Positions 10,300-20,513 are shown, counted from the stretch's first letter. The stretch is DNA of 64,000 bases from Alphaproteobacteria bacterium (GCA_965232515.1 CBDDPY010000002.1:3008001-3072000), one strand, 5' to 3'. Translations and numbers: made by a program. Notes: generated by a model not told the origin, from the letters alone.

Positions 10300-10938
10300 A
10301 TGACCCAACCTGATGTAAATCGACGCTTGCAAATTGCCCGGCGCACCTTCATGACTGGCGCTGCGGCGTCGGCGCTGACGCTCTCGGCCGGGACCGCCTG
10401 GGCGACGACCGAAAACGGTTACGCCGAGGGCGATATCGCGATCGGCAGCGAGGATGCGCCCGTCACCGTGATCGAATATGCCTCCATGACCTGTCCGCAT
10501 TGCGCCAGCTTTCACAACAACACGCTGAAGGGTCTCGTCGAGAAATATGTCGACACCGGTCAGGTGCGCATGGTCTTCCGCGAATTCCCCTTCGATCAGC
10601 TCGGCCTGGCCGCGGCCATGCTGGCGCGTTGCGCCGGCCCGGACCGCGCCGTCGGCATGATCGACGTGCTGTTCCGCCAGCAGAGCAGTTGGTCCCGCTC
10701 GAACGATCCGATCGCCGAGCTGCGCAAGATCGGCCGCCTCGGCGGCATCTCGAAATCCCGCTTCGACGCCTGTCTCGGCGACCAGAAGCTGGCCGAAAGC
10801 ATCGTCGCCACGCGCATGGAGGGCCAGGAGAAGTACGACGTCAATTCGACGCCGAGCTTCATCATCAACGGCGACAAGTATTCCGGCGCCATGTCGCTGG
10901 CCGAATTCGACGAAGTCCTGAAAAAGTATCTGAACTGA
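10300..10938 (+). CDS. DsbA-family thioredoxin-fold protein with twin-arginine signal
   Basis: ARRTFM signal, EYASMTCPHCA, FREFP, STPSFIING. Confidence 0.93.
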   Translation: MTQPDVNRRLQIARRTFMTGAAASALTLSAGTAWATTENGYAEGDIAIGSEDAPVTVIEYASMTCPHCASFHNNTLKGLVEKYVDTGQVRMVFREFPFDQLGLAAAMLARCAGPDRAVGMIDVLFRQQSSWSRSNDPIAELRKIGRLGGISKSRFDACLGDQKLAESIVATRMEGQEKYDVNSTPSFIINGDKYSGAMSLAEFDEVLKKYLN

Positions 10939-10976
10939 GGATGACGGTCGGCTTCGAATCGAACACCTCCCCCCAC

Positions 10977-11050
10977 CGTCATGCCTGGGCCCAGACCCGG
11001 GCATCCACGGCCGCCGTCGCCTGGATTGCCGGGTCAAGCCCGGCAATGAC
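10977..11050. repeat. Palindromic intergenic repeat, family A
   Basis: CGTCATGCCTGGGCCCAGACCCGGGCATCCA..TGGATTGCCGGGTCAAGCCCGGCAATGAC; related copies at 40086-40172 and 44498-44584. Confidence 0.85.
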
Positions 11051-11108
11051 CGTTCGCGGCCGGTCGCCGCGCGCCACAACAGCCCGCTAGTCGTCCGGAG
11101 CGCCCGCG

Positions 11109-14100
11109 TTGCAGTTCGTCAAGCTTCACATGACCGGCTTCAAGTCGTTCGTCGAGCATACCGAGGTCGTCATCGAGCCGGGCATCACCGGCGTGGTCGG
11201 CCCGAACGGCTGCGGCAAGTCGAACCTGGTCGAGGCCCTGCGCTGGGTCATGGGCGAGGCGTCCGCCAAGCAGATGCGCGGCGGCGCCATGGACGACGTC
11301 ATCTTCAACGGCACCGCCGGCCGGCCGCCGCGCAATCTGGCGGAAGTCGCGCTCTCGATCGATAACGTCGACCGCAATGCGCCGGCCCAGTTCAACGATT
11401 CGGACGAACTGCTGGTCAGCCGCCGCATCGAGCGCGAGAGCGGCTCGAACTACCGCGTCAACGGCCGCGAGGTTCGGGCCCGCGACGTGCAGCTCCTGTT
11501 CGCCGATGCCGCCTCGGGCGCGCATTCGCCCTCGATGGTCAGCCAGGGCCGCATCGGCTCGATCATCAACGCCAAGCCGACCAACCGTCGCGCGCTGCTG
11601 GAAGAGGCGGCCGGCATCACCGGCCTGCATTCGCGCCGGCACGAGGCCGAGCTGCGGCTGCGCGGCGCCGAGACCAATCTCGAGCGCCTGGAAGATGTGA
11701 TGGCGGCGCTCGAGGGCCAGCTTCAGGCCATGAAGCGCCAGGCCCGGCAGGCCAACCGCTATCGCCGCGTCGGCGAGCAGATCCGTCGATTCGAGGCGAT
11801 TCTGCTGCATCTGAATCACCTGGCCGCGTCGGAAGCCCTGGCCGCGGCGGACGCCGGCCTGCGCGAGGGCGAGGCGCAGGTCGCCAATCTGACCTCCGGC
11901 GCCGCCCAGGCCGCGACCCGGCACGCCGAGGCGGCCGAAGGCCTGCCGGCCCTGCGCCAGCGCGAGGCCGAGGCGGCCGCCAAACTGCATCGGTTGGCCG
12001 TGGCCCGCGACGGCCTCGACGCCGAGGAGCGTCAGGCCACCGACCGCAAGGCGCAGCTCGAAGCGCGGCTGACCCAGATCGACGCCGACGACGGCCGCGA
12101 GACGGCGCTGCAAAGCGACGCCGATACCGCGATTGCCGCGTTGGAGCAGGAACGCGGCCAGCTCGACGCCGCGCGCGAGGGCGAGCAGGCGGCGCAGGCG
12201 GAGGCCACGGCCCGGGTCGAAGCGGCGAGTACCGAGGTCTCCGGCCGCGACGCCGAGCTCGAGAATCTGACCGATGAAATTGCGTCCGCCGTGGCGCAGC
12301 GCGAAAGTCTGACCTCGCAGATCCAGGACGGTGCGCGCCGCATCGAGCGTCTGACCGAGCGCCGGGCCCAGGATCAGAGCGCGCAGGACCGGCTGCAAGC
12401 CGAGTTGCAGGCCGACGAGGCGCTGGACGCGACGCGCAGCGCGCTCAACGCCGCCGAGGCCAAGGCGAACGAGGCCGGCGCCGTGCTTGAGCAGGCGGAT
12501 GCCGCCCGCACCGCCGTCGACGACGAGCTGGCCACGGCCCGCGACATGCTGCAGGCGGCCGAAAGCGTAACCGCCAAGCTCTTGGCCGAGGAAGAGGCGC
12601 TGGCCGACCTGCTGGCGGTGAAGGAGGCCGATCTCTGGCCACCGCTGATCGACGCCGTCACGGTCGAACCGGGTTACGAGACCGCGCTGGGCGCGGCGCT
12701 CGGCGACGATCTCGACGTGCCGGCCGACGAGGCCGCGCCCGTGCACTGGAAGGCGCTGCCCGCCATCGACGGCGCCCCGGCATTGCCCGACGGCGCCACG
12801 CCGCTCGGCCGCTTCGTACAGGCGCCGCCGGCGCTCGCCCGCCGTCTCGATCAGATCGGCGTGGTCGAGCCGCTCGACGGCCCGCGCCTCAGCACCCGGC
12901 TGCGGCAGGGTCAGCGGCTGGTCACCCGCGACGGCGAGCTCTGGCGCTGGGACGGCTATACCGTCACCGCCGGCGCCGAAGCCAAGGCCGCCGTGCGGCT
13001 GCGGCAGCACAACCGCCTGACCGAACTGCGCGACCAGCGCGAACCGGCCGAGGGCCGGCTGCGGCAGGCGCAGGACGGCTTCGATGCCGCGCGCGGCAGG
13101 GCCGAGCAGGCCGCGGCCCGCCAGGCCGAAGCGCGCGAGCAGGCGCGCGCCGCCGAGCGCGAGCGCAATGCCGCCCGCGAGCAGCACAACGCCGCCGAAC
13201 GCGCCGCCACCGAACGCTCGTCGCGGCTCGCCGCATTGCGTCAGACCATCGAGCAGGTGACGGCGGATCTGGACGAGGCCCGCGCCGCCCACGACCAGGC
13301 CGTCGCCAGTCTCGACGGCCTGCCGCCGCTGGATCCGGCGCGCGAGCGACAGGCGACGCTCAGGCGCGAGCTCGACGATCTCCGTGGCCGCTTGGCCGAG
13401 GCGCGGAACGCCGAATCGCAGCTTCGTCGCGAGGCCGCCGCGCGGGTCGAGCGAATCGCCGCCATCGCGCGCGAGGCCGAGGCCTGGCGCAGCCGGACCG
13501 AAGCCGCCGCGAATCAGCGCCGCGAGCTGGCCGAGCGCCGCCGCGAAGCCGAGGAAGAGCTCGCCGAGGTCGCGAAGAAGCCGGCCGAGATCGCCGCGCG
13601 GCGCAATGAGCTCTTGGATCACATCGGCGCCGCAGAGTCCGAGCGCAACGAAGCGGGCGACGCGCTGGCCAGCGCCGAGACCCGGGTCGCCGAGCTGGAA
13701 AAGGCCTGGCGCGGGGCCGAGCAGGCGCTGGCGTCGGCCCGCGAGGACCGGGTGCGTCAGGAAGCCGCCGTGCAGCAGGCCAAGGACCGTTGCGCCGAGA
13801 TCGCGCGGCGCGTCGCCGAGACGCTGGACTGTGCGCCGGAGCAGGCGCTCGCGGCCGGCGGCGTCGAGGCCGACGAGGAACTGCCGCCGCTGGAGGACGT
13901 CGAGACCAAGCTCGGCCGCCTGAAGCGCGAGCGCGACAATATGGGCCCGGTCAACCTGCGCGCCGAGCAGGAAGCGGCCGAGCTCGAGGAACAGCTCGAG
14001 ACCATGCGCACCGAACGCGCCGACCTCGAGGCCGCCATCGCCCGCTTGCGGCAGGGCATCTCGAGCCTCAACCGCGAGGGCCGCGAACGTCTGCTTGCAG

Positions 14101-14567
14101 CCTTCGGCAAGGTCGACGCGCATTTCCAGGATCTGTTCGTGCGCCTGTTCGGCGGCGGCAAGGCGCACCTGGCGCTGGTCGAATCGGACGATCCGCTGGA
14201 GGCGGGCCTGGAAATCATGGCCAGCCCGCCCGGCAAGCGCCTGCAGGTGATGTCGCTGCTGTCCGGCGGCGAGCAGGCGCTGACCGCGCTGGCGCTGCTG
14301 TTCGCCGTGTTCCTGACCAACCCGGCGCCGATCTGCGTGCTCGACGAGGTCGACGCGCCGCTCGACGACGCCAATGTCGAGCGCTTCTGCAACCTGCTGA
14401 CCGAAATCAGCCGCGTCACCGGCACGCGTTTCCTGGTCATCACGCACCACGCCTTCACGATGGCGCGCATGGACCGCCTGTTCGGCGTCACCATGGCCGA
14501 GCGCGGCGTGTCGCAGCTCGTTTCCGTCGACCTGGAGCGGGCTGAAAGGATGCGCGCGACAGGTTGA
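11109..14567 (+). CDS. smc: Chromosome segregation protein SMC
   Basis: GFKSF, Walker A GPNGCGKSN, long coiled coils, LSGGE signature, LDEVDAPLD; TTG start. Confidence 0.98.
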   Translation: MQFVKLHMTGFKSFVEHTEVVIEPGITGVVGPNGCGKSNLVEALRWVMGEASAKQMRGGAMDDVIFNGTAGRPPRNLAEVALSIDNVDRNAPAQFNDSDELLVSRRIERESGSNYRVNGREVRARDVQLLFADAASGAHSPSMVSQGRIGSIINAKPTNRRALLEEAAGITGLHSRRHEAELRLRGAETNLERLEDVMAALEGQLQAMKRQARQANRYRRVGEQIRRFEAILLHLNHLAASEALAAADAGLREGEAQVANLTSGAAQAATRHAEAAEGLPALRQREAEAAAKLHRLAVARDGLDAEERQATDRKAQLEARLTQIDADDGRETALQSDADTAIAALEQERGQLDAAREGEQAAQAEATARVEAASTEVSGRDAELENLTDEIASAVAQRESLTSQIQDGARRIERLTERRAQDQSAQDRLQAELQADEALDATRSALNAAEAKANEAGAVLEQADAARTAVDDELATARDMLQAAESVTAKLLAEEEALADLLAVKEADLWPPLIDAVTVEPGYETALGAALGDDLDVPADEAAPVHWKALPAIDGAPALPDGATPLGRFVQAPPALARRLDQIGVVEPLDGPRLSTRLRQGQRLVTRDGELWRWDGYTVTAGAEAKAAVRLRQHNRLTELRDQREPAEGRLRQAQDGFDAARGRAEQAAARQAEAREQARAAERERNAAREQHNAAERAATERSSRLAALRQTIEQVTADLDEARAAHDQAVASLDGLPPLDPARERQATLRRELDDLRGRLAEARNAESQLRREAAARVERIAAIAREAEAWRSRTEAAANQRRELAERRREAEEELAEVAKKPAEIAARRNELLDHIGAAESERNEAGDALASAETRVAELEKAWRGAEQALASAREDRVRQEAAVQQAKDRCAEIARRVAETLDCAPEQALAAGGVEADEELPPLEDVETKLGRLKRERDNMGPVNLRAEQEAAELEEQLETMRTERADLEAAIARLRQGISSLNREGRERLLAAFGKVDAHFQDLFVRLFGGGKAHLALVESDDPLEAGLEIMASPPGKRLQVMSLLSGGEQALTALALLFAVFLTNPAPICVLDEVDAPLDDANVERFCNLLTEISRVTGTRFLVITHHAFTMARMDRLFGVTMAERGVSQLVSVDLERAERMRATG

Positions 14568-14622
14568 CGCGGGTTCGGATTTTGCAAATCCGTTCAATCA
14601 CTTAAGGGCACCCGTTTGTGCC

Positions 14623-14651
14623 TTGACAGGGTCAGGCCCCTTTCCTATGTT
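14623..14651 (+). promoter_or_regulatory. Sigma70-type promoter of the F0 operon
   Basis: TTGACA-N17-TATGTT upstream of atpI. Confidence 0.65.
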
Positions 14652-14715
14652 GCCCGCGCTTTCGGCATGGTGGTGGGTGGATGTCGATCCGCCCGGCGCC
14701 CCGCAGGCGACGGTG

Positions 14716-15066
14716 ATGTCCAACCCGAACAAACCTCCCTCGCTCGACGACCTGAGCGCCCGCATCAACAAGGCGCGGCATGAACAGGGCCTCGACGTAG
14801 AAGAGAAGCCGGAGGACGAACCGCCGACCAGCGGCGTGGGCCTGGCCTGGCGAGTTTCGATCGAACTTGTCACCGCCATCGTCGTCTGCACCGGGATTGG
14901 GTGGTCGCTGGACTACTGGCTGGAGACCACCCCCTGGATCATGTTGGTGATGTTCGTGCTCGGCGCCGCCGCCGGGATCAACAACGTCGTCAAGGTGGCT
15001 AACAAAATGGACGCCGAAGCCCAGCGGGAGGCGGCGGACCGCAAGAAGGCGAGGCAGGACAGGTAG
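14716..15066 (+). CDS. atpI: ATP synthase protein I (AtpZ/AtpI family)
   Basis: ELVTAIVVCTGIGWSLDYWLETTPW..LG..AGINNV; first gene of the F0 operon. Confidence 0.9.
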   Translation: MSNPNKPPSLDDLSARINKARHEQGLDVEEKPEDEPPTSGVGLAWRVSIELVTAIVVCTGIGWSLDYWLETTPWIMLVMFVLGAAAGINNVVKVANKMDAEAQREAADRKKARQDR

Positions 15067-15067
15067 G

Positions 15068-15802
15068 ATGGCGGCAGGCGACAGCCCAATGCTCCAATTC
15101 GAGGTCAAGCCGTTGGTCGAGCTGAAGCTCGGCGGGCTGGATGCCTCGTTGACCAATTCCGGCGCCTGGATGATCGCCGCGGTGATCGCCATTACGCTGT
15201 TTCTGACGCTGGGCGTGCGCAGCCGCTCGATGGTCCCCGGCCGCTGGCAATCCATGGCCGAGATGGCCTACGAGTTCATCGCCGACATGCTGAAGGAAAC
15301 GGTGGGCGCGCAGGGGCGCAAATACTTCCCCTTCGTGTTCTCGCTGTTCATGTTCATCCTGGTCTGCAACCTGTTCGGCATGCTGCCCTACAGCTTCACC
15401 GTGACCAGCCATATCGCGGTGACCGGCGCGCTGGCGCTGATGGTCTTCGTGATCGTGACCTTCGTGGCGCTGGCCACGCACGGCCTGCACTTCCTGACCT
15501 TCTTCGTGCCCAAGGGCGTGCCGCTGCCGATGCTGTTCCTGGTCGTGCCGATCGAGGTGCTGTCCTATTTCATGCGGCCGATCAGCCACTCGGTACGGCT
15601 GTTCGCGAACATGACCGCCGGCCACACCATGCTGAAGGTGTTCGGCGGCTTCGTCGTGCAGATGGGCGTGTTCGGCGTGCTGCCGTTCATCCTGATCGTG
15701 GCCCTGACCGGTCTCGAGATCGCCATCGCCGGCCTGCAGGCCTACGTCTTCACCATCCTGACCTGCCTTTACATCAACGATGCCGTCCACCTGGAACACT
15801 GA
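15068..15802 (+). CDS. atpB: F0 ATP synthase subunit a
   Basis: PGRWQSMAE, RPISHSVRLFANMTAGH, LQAYVFTILT. Confidence 0.98.
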   Translation: MAAGDSPMLQFEVKPLVELKLGGLDASLTNSGAWMIAAVIAITLFLTLGVRSRSMVPGRWQSMAEMAYEFIADMLKETVGAQGRKYFPFVFSLFMFILVCNLFGMLPYSFTVTSHIAVTGALALMVFVIVTFVALATHGLHFLTFFVPKGVPLPMLFLVVPIEVLSYFMRPISHSVRLFANMTAGHTMLKVFGGFVVQMGVFGVLPFILIVALTGLEIAIAGLQAYVFTILTCLYINDAVHLEH

Positions 15803-15864
15803 TCGGACGGCCTCGCCTTTTTCACCCCTCCTCCCCATATAACGTCAACTGAAGGAACAGAATC

Positions 15865-16092
15865 ATGGATCCAGCCGCCGCGAAACTGATCGGTGCCGGT
15901 CTTGCTGCCATCGCCATGGGCGGTGCGGGTATCGGTATTGGCCTTATCTTCGGCAACTACGTCGCCGGCGCCATGCGCAATCCGGCGGCCGCGGGCGCCG
16001 TGTTCGGCAGGGTGATTCTCGGCTTCGCGCTGACGGAAGCCATCGCGCTGTTCGCGCTGGTCGTCGCGCTGATCATCCTGTTCGTGTTCTAG
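15865..16092 (+). CDS. atpE: F0 ATP synthase subunit c
   Basis: GxGxGxG helix, RNP loop, FALTEA with the ion-binding Glu. Confidence 0.98.
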   Translation: MDPAAAKLIGAGLAAIAMGGAGIGIGLIFGNYVAGAMRNPAAAGAVFGRVILGFALTEAIALFALVVALIILFVF

Positions 16093-16139
16093 GCAGGGGT
16101 CCGATCCTTCAGATCATGACCTGACCGGGGGCGCGTGCG

Positions 16140-16631
16140 ATGCCGCAATTCGACATAGCGAGTTTCCTGCCCCAGCTGATCTGGCTGGGCATCACCTTCG
16201 TGGTTCTCTACCTGCTCATGTGGCGGGTGGCGTTGCCGCGGATTACCGATGTGCTGGAAACCCGGTCGGAACGCATCGCCTCCGATCTCGACAAGGCGGC
16301 CGAGCTGAAAGCCCAGGCCGACAGCGTGCTCGCCGAGTACGAAGCGGCCTTGGCCGAGGCGCGAACGCGGGCCAAGGCGACGCTCGCCGAGGTGACGGCG
16401 GCGGCCGCCGCCGCGGCGGACGCCCGCAACGCCGAGGTCACCGAACGCCTGAGCAAAGAAGCCGAGGCGGCCGCCCAGCGGATCGCCGACGCCAAAACCC
16501 AGGCCATGGCCGAGGTCCGGGATGTCGCCGTCGAATTGGCGCAGGCCAGCGTCGCCAAGCTGATCGGCCGCGAGGTCGCCGCCGATCAGGTGGCGGGCGC
16601 CGTCGATACGGCGATGAAGGAGGCCGGCTGA
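16140..16631 (+). CDS. F0 ATP synthase subunit b'
   Basis: MPQFD..F.PQLIWL, LPRI..VL..R..RI..DL..A; single TM plus coiled coil. Confidence 0.95.
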   Translation: MPQFDIASFLPQLIWLGITFVVLYLLMWRVALPRITDVLETRSERIASDLDKAAELKAQADSVLAEYEAALAEARTRAKATLAEVTAAAAAAADARNAEVTERLSKEAEAAAQRIADAKTQAMAEVRDVAVELAQASVAKLIGREVAADQVAGAVDTAMKEAG

Positions 16632-17116
16632 TGTTTACGGATCCCACCTTCTGGGTCGGCCTCGCCTTCGTCATCTTCGTGGCGATCATCTTCTACTACA
16701 AGGTGCCGGGCATGATCACCGGCGCGCTCGACCAACGGGCCGACAAGATCAGCGCCGAGCTCGACGAGGCCCGGCGGCTGCGCGAGGAAGCGCAGGCCTT
16801 GCTGGCCAATTACGAGCGCAAGCACCGCGACGCCATGAAAGAGGCGGACGAGATGGTCGCCCATGCGCAAAAGGAAGCCGAGCGCGAATCGGAAGCCGCG
16901 GCGGCGCGCCTGGAGCGCTCGATCGCAGCCCGCGAGCAGCAGGCGCTGGACAAAATCGCGCTGGCCGAGGCCCAGGCCGAAAAGGAAGTCCGCGACGCGG
17001 CCATAGATGTCGCCGTCGATGCGGCCCGCCAGGTCATCGCCGAACATGTCAGCGGCGACCAGGGCAGCGCGCTGATCGATAACTCGATCAAGGACCTCCG
17101 CCGCCACCTGAACTGA
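16631..17116 (+). CDS. atpF: F0 ATP synthase subunit b
   Basis: DPTFWV..AFVIF, LDQRADKI..ELDEA..LREEA; TGATG overlap with b'. Confidence 0.95.
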   Translation: MFTDPTFWVGLAFVIFVAIIFYYKVPGMITGALDQRADKISAELDEARRLREEAQALLANYERKHRDAMKEADEMVAHAQKEAERESEAAAARLERSIAAREQQALDKIALAEAQAEKEVRDAAIDVAVDAARQVIAEHVSGDQGSALIDNSIKDLRRHLN

Positions 17117-17191
17117 GCCGATGGAGCGTCGCGGCGAGCCCCGCTTTCACCGCCGGACGGGGTCAGGTCAGCCGGTTATTCGCCTTATCAG

Positions 17192-17207
17192 TTAGTTCGA
17201 ATTTAAC
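17192..17207 (+). promoter_or_regulatory. Putative CtrA box
   Basis: TTAG-ttcgaat-TTAAC, one mismatch to TTAA-N7-TTAAC, upstream of the binding-protein/kinase pair. Confidence 0.45.
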
Positions 17208-17267
17208 CACTCTACCCAATGATGCGGTATGGCGCCGAGGGCGCGATCGCGTCAGGAGGAGTGGTTG

Positions 17268-18260
17268 ATGAGGCTTGCCAAACGCCTGGCCGCCGCCGGC
17301 CTCGCCATCTGCGCCATATCGGCCGGCACACCTGTCGACGCGCCGGCGCAAGATCTCCCGAGATGCCTGTTCGTATCCTCCTATCACCACGGCTACGCCT
17401 GGTCGGACGGGGTCGAAGCCGGCCTGCGCGCGGTGCTCGACGGTAAATGCGAAGTCCGCCAGTTCGACATGGACACCAAGCGCCGCAAAAGTGATGCGGA
17501 CAAGCAGGCCGCCGCCCGCGCGGCCAAATCGATCATCGAGGACTGGCGGCCCGACGTCGTGATCACAGCCGACGACAATGCCGCCCGATACCTGATCAAG
17601 CCGTTCTATCGCGACCACCGCATCCCCTTCGTGTTCTGCGGCGTGAACTGGACGGTCGACGAGTACGGCTTCCCCTATACGAACGTCACCGGCATGATCG
17701 AGGTCGCGCCGATCGTGCCGATGCTCAAACACGCGCTCGAGGTGTCGCCCGGCGCTGGGCGTGCGTTGTACCTCGGCGCCGACACCTTGACCGAGCAGAA
17801 GAACCTCAAGCGGTTCCAGGCGGCCGCGGCGCGTCTCGGCTTCGAACTCGATCACGTGCTGGCGCCAGCCATGCGCGATTGGCGCGCCGCGTATCGGGCG
17901 GCGCAGAACTACGACTTCATCATCATCGGCAGCCGCGCCGGCATTAACGACTGGGACAGCGAAGCCGCCAGGCAGGTGGTCCTGAACACGACACGCCGCT
18001 TCAGCATCACCAATCACGACTGGATGATGCCCTATACGATCCTGGGCGTGACCAAGGTGCCGCAGGAGCACGGCGAATGGGCGGCACGCACGGCGCTCGG
18101 CATTCTCGACGGCACGTCGCCCGGCGACATTCCCATCGTCAGCAATTCGCGGCGGGACCTCTGGCTCAATGCCGAGCTCCTGGCGGCGAGCGGCCTGACC
18201 ATCTCGGACCGCTTGGCTCGGCGGGCCAAGAGAATTGGGACGGCGCAGCCCCGCTCCTGA
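17268..18260 (+). CDS. Periplasmic ABC-type substrate-binding-like protein
   Basis: Signal peptide; SSYHHGYAWS, MDTKR, PDVVITADDNA, PFVFCGVN, NVTGMIE, EHGEWAA; no permease adjacent. Confidence 0.8.
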   Translation: MRLAKRLAAAGLAICAISAGTPVDAPAQDLPRCLFVSSYHHGYAWSDGVEAGLRAVLDGKCEVRQFDMDTKRRKSDADKQAAARAAKSIIEDWRPDVVITADDNAARYLIKPFYRDHRIPFVFCGVNWTVDEYGFPYTNVTGMIEVAPIVPMLKHALEVSPGAGRALYLGADTLTEQKNLKRFQAAAARLGFELDHVLAPAMRDWRAAYRAAQNYDFIIIGSRAGINDWDSEAARQVVLNTTRRFSITNHDWMMPYTILGVTKVPQEHGEWAARTALGILDGTSPGDIPIVSNSRRDLWLNAELLAASGLTISDRLARRAKRIGTAQPRS

Positions 18261-18264
18261 TCCG

Positions 18265-20448
18265 ATGCTGTTCAGGCCCTGGGAAGTCGTCTGCTTCGCC
18301 GTCGGGCTGTCCCTGCTTTGCGCCGGCAGCGGCGCGTTCGGCCTTTGGCTCGGCCTGCAACCGGATATCCAGACGCTCGATCAGCGCACACAGTTGATCG
18401 AACGCCAGCTGACGGCGCGCGCGGCCAGCGCCGAAGCCGTGCTCACGTCGCTCGCCGGCGTGCTGCAGGCAAGCGACGAGCTCAGGCCCTTTGCGTTCCT
18501 CGACCTGTCCCGGCGTCTTCTCACCACCTATCCCTTCATCCGGGCCGCGTCCGAGATCGACGTGGTCGACGCCGAGGCGCGCACGGACTGGGAGAGCCGC
18601 ATGCGCGCCGAGGCTTTTCCGACGGTCGGCATCACCAGCCATGACGGCCCGCGCGCCATAGACGCATCCGGCGCGCCGGATCGGCTCTATCCGATCGGTT
18701 TCACCGAACCGCTGACGCCGGAAAACGCCCGGCTCATCGGCTTCGACATCGGCTCCCATCCGGGCATCCGCGACGCTCTTGAGCTGGCCGTCGACACCGA
18801 CTGGATCGCGGCGTCCGAGATTGTCAGCCTCGACGCGGCCAGCGACGGCTGGCTGATCCTGAGAGCGGTCTATCTCGGTCATGTTTCACCGGCGACCGCC
18901 GGCGGCCGTTGGAACCAGCTGTCCGGCCTCGTCGCCCTTCATATCGACAAGGACGGCTTCTTTCGCGATGTCGTCGAAGCCTATGACGATATCGAGATCG
19001 CGTTCCGCGACGTCCGCGGCGATGACATCGTTTATCGGCACGGCCGGCTCGCGCCGACGATCTGGCCGCGCCTGCCAGTTCTGACCGCCACCGACCGTCT
19101 CGCCGTCAACGGTCAGAACTTCGCCATCCGCACGCGCTTCCGGCCGGCATGGTCCGCGGCCAAGCTGGCCCTGCTCGCCGCATTTGCCGCTTTCCCGGTC
19201 GTGACCGGTTTCGCGGCGGCGGCGGCGAGCCGCAACCACCGCATCCGTATCCGGCAGTCGCGCGACGCCGCGCAGCGGATCGATGAGAGCAAGCAGCGGT
19301 TTCAGGACTATGCCGAGGTCGCATCGGACTGGTTCTGGTCCATGGATGCCGATCTCCGGTTCGACGACATCTCCGACGGCGCCAGCCGCGCCGGCCTCGA
19401 TACGAAAGACCTCATCGGCCGAACCCGGGCCGAGATCGCCGCCGGCGATCCCGACATGCAGGCCCAGATGACCGGGCATCTGGCCGATCTGGCGGCGCGC
19501 CGGAACTTCCGCGACTTCCGCTATTCGATCGATTACGACAACGGCCGCACCCGATGGTACTCGGTCAGCGGCAAGCCGGTTTACGACGCGAACGGCACGT
19601 TCGTCGGCTACCGCGGCACGGCGCGCGAGATCACCGCCGACGTCGAGGCGGAGGACGAGCTGCGCACCGCGAAGGAGCAAGCCGAGCTTGCCAACCGCAC
19701 GAAGTCGGAATTCCTCGCCTCCATGAGCCACGAGCTGCGGACGCCGCTGAACGCCATTCTCGGCTTTTCCGAGGTCATCCGGGACAATGCGCTGGAGACG
19801 TCGGACATGGACGCCTACCGCGCCTACGCCGGCGACATCCACGATTGCGGCCAGCACCTGCTCGGCCTGATCAACGACATTCTCGACCTCGCCAAGATCG
19901 AGTCCGGCAAGGACGAGCTCGACGAATGCGACATTGCCGTGCCGGACGTGATCGAGGCCGTGCGCACGCTGGTGCAGTCGCGCGCCGATACCGGTCAGGT
20001 CGCGCTCGAGATCGAGGTCGAGCGCAACCTGCCGCGCCTCCTGGCCGACGAACGGAAGCTGAAGCAGATCCTGGTGAACCTGCTGACCAACGCCATCAAG
20101 TTCACCGAGCCCGGCGGCTCGGTCACGCTGCGTGCCTGGTGCCGACCCGACAGCGGCTTCGTGTTCCAGGTCGTCGATACCGGCATCGGCATGGCGCCCG
20201 AGGACATCCCGACGGCGCTCTCGCAGTTCGCCCAGATCGACAGCGGTCTCGACCGCAAATACGAAGGCACCGGCCTCGGCCTGCCGCTGACCAAGGCGCT
20301 GGTCGAACAGCACGGCGGCAGCTTCGAGCTCTACAGCCGGATCGGCATCGGCACCACCGCGACCGTAAGACTGCCGTCGTTTCGCATCGCCGCCGCCGAA
20401 CGTCCCAGAACGCTTTTGACGGTCGGCGGCGATCGCCGGACAAGCTGA
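18265..20448 (+). CDS. CHASE-PAS sensor histidine kinase (PleC/DivJ-like H-box)
   Basis: TM-CHASE (FTEP...N...IGFDI)-TM, PAS (ASDWFW...YRGTAREIT), FLASMSHELRTPLNAILGFSE, NAIKFT, DTGIG, GTGLGL. Confidence 0.92.
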   Translation: MLFRPWEVVCFAVGLSLLCAGSGAFGLWLGLQPDIQTLDQRTQLIERQLTARAASAEAVLTSLAGVLQASDELRPFAFLDLSRRLLTTYPFIRAASEIDVVDAEARTDWESRMRAEAFPTVGITSHDGPRAIDASGAPDRLYPIGFTEPLTPENARLIGFDIGSHPGIRDALELAVDTDWIAASEIVSLDAASDGWLILRAVYLGHVSPATAGGRWNQLSGLVALHIDKDGFFRDVVEAYDDIEIAFRDVRGDDIVYRHGRLAPTIWPRLPVLTATDRLAVNGQNFAIRTRFRPAWSAAKLALLAAFAAFPVVTGFAAAAASRNHRIRIRQSRDAAQRIDESKQRFQDYAEVASDWFWSMDADLRFDDISDGASRAGLDTKDLIGRTRAEIAAGDPDMQAQMTGHLADLAARRNFRDFRYSIDYDNGRTRWYSVSGKPVYDANGTFVGYRGTAREITADVEAEDELRTAKEQAELANRTKSEFLASMSHELRTPLNAILGFSEVIRDNALETSDMDAYRAYAGDIHDCGQHLLGLINDILDLAKIESGKDELDECDIAVPDVIEAVRTLVQSRADTGQVALEIEVERNLPRLLADERKLKQILVNLLTNAIKFTEPGGSVTLRAWCRPDSGFVFQVVDTGIGMAPEDIPTALSQFAQIDSGLDRKYEGTGLGLPLTKALVEQHGGSFELYSRIGIGTTATVRLPSFRIAAAERPRTLLTVGGDRRTS

Positions 20449-20513
20449 TCCGAGTTCACGCCGCTCGCCCCAACTGCGCACCCAGGCGCTGCGTCATGGA
20501 ACCGGATATCTGT

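Noticed and set aside
11034-14597. 1187-aa ORF antisense to smc, and similar long antisense or alternate-frame ORFs (e.g. 4319-6331, 30912-33062, 36704-38965, 46607-48886)
   Set aside because: Shadow ORFs expected in high-GC DNA with strong codon bias. They have no recognisable motifs and overlap clearly identified genes.
14716-17116. F0 operon without F1 genes as an anomaly
   Set aside because: Separate F0 and F1 operons with b and b' subunits are normal in Alphaproteobacteria.
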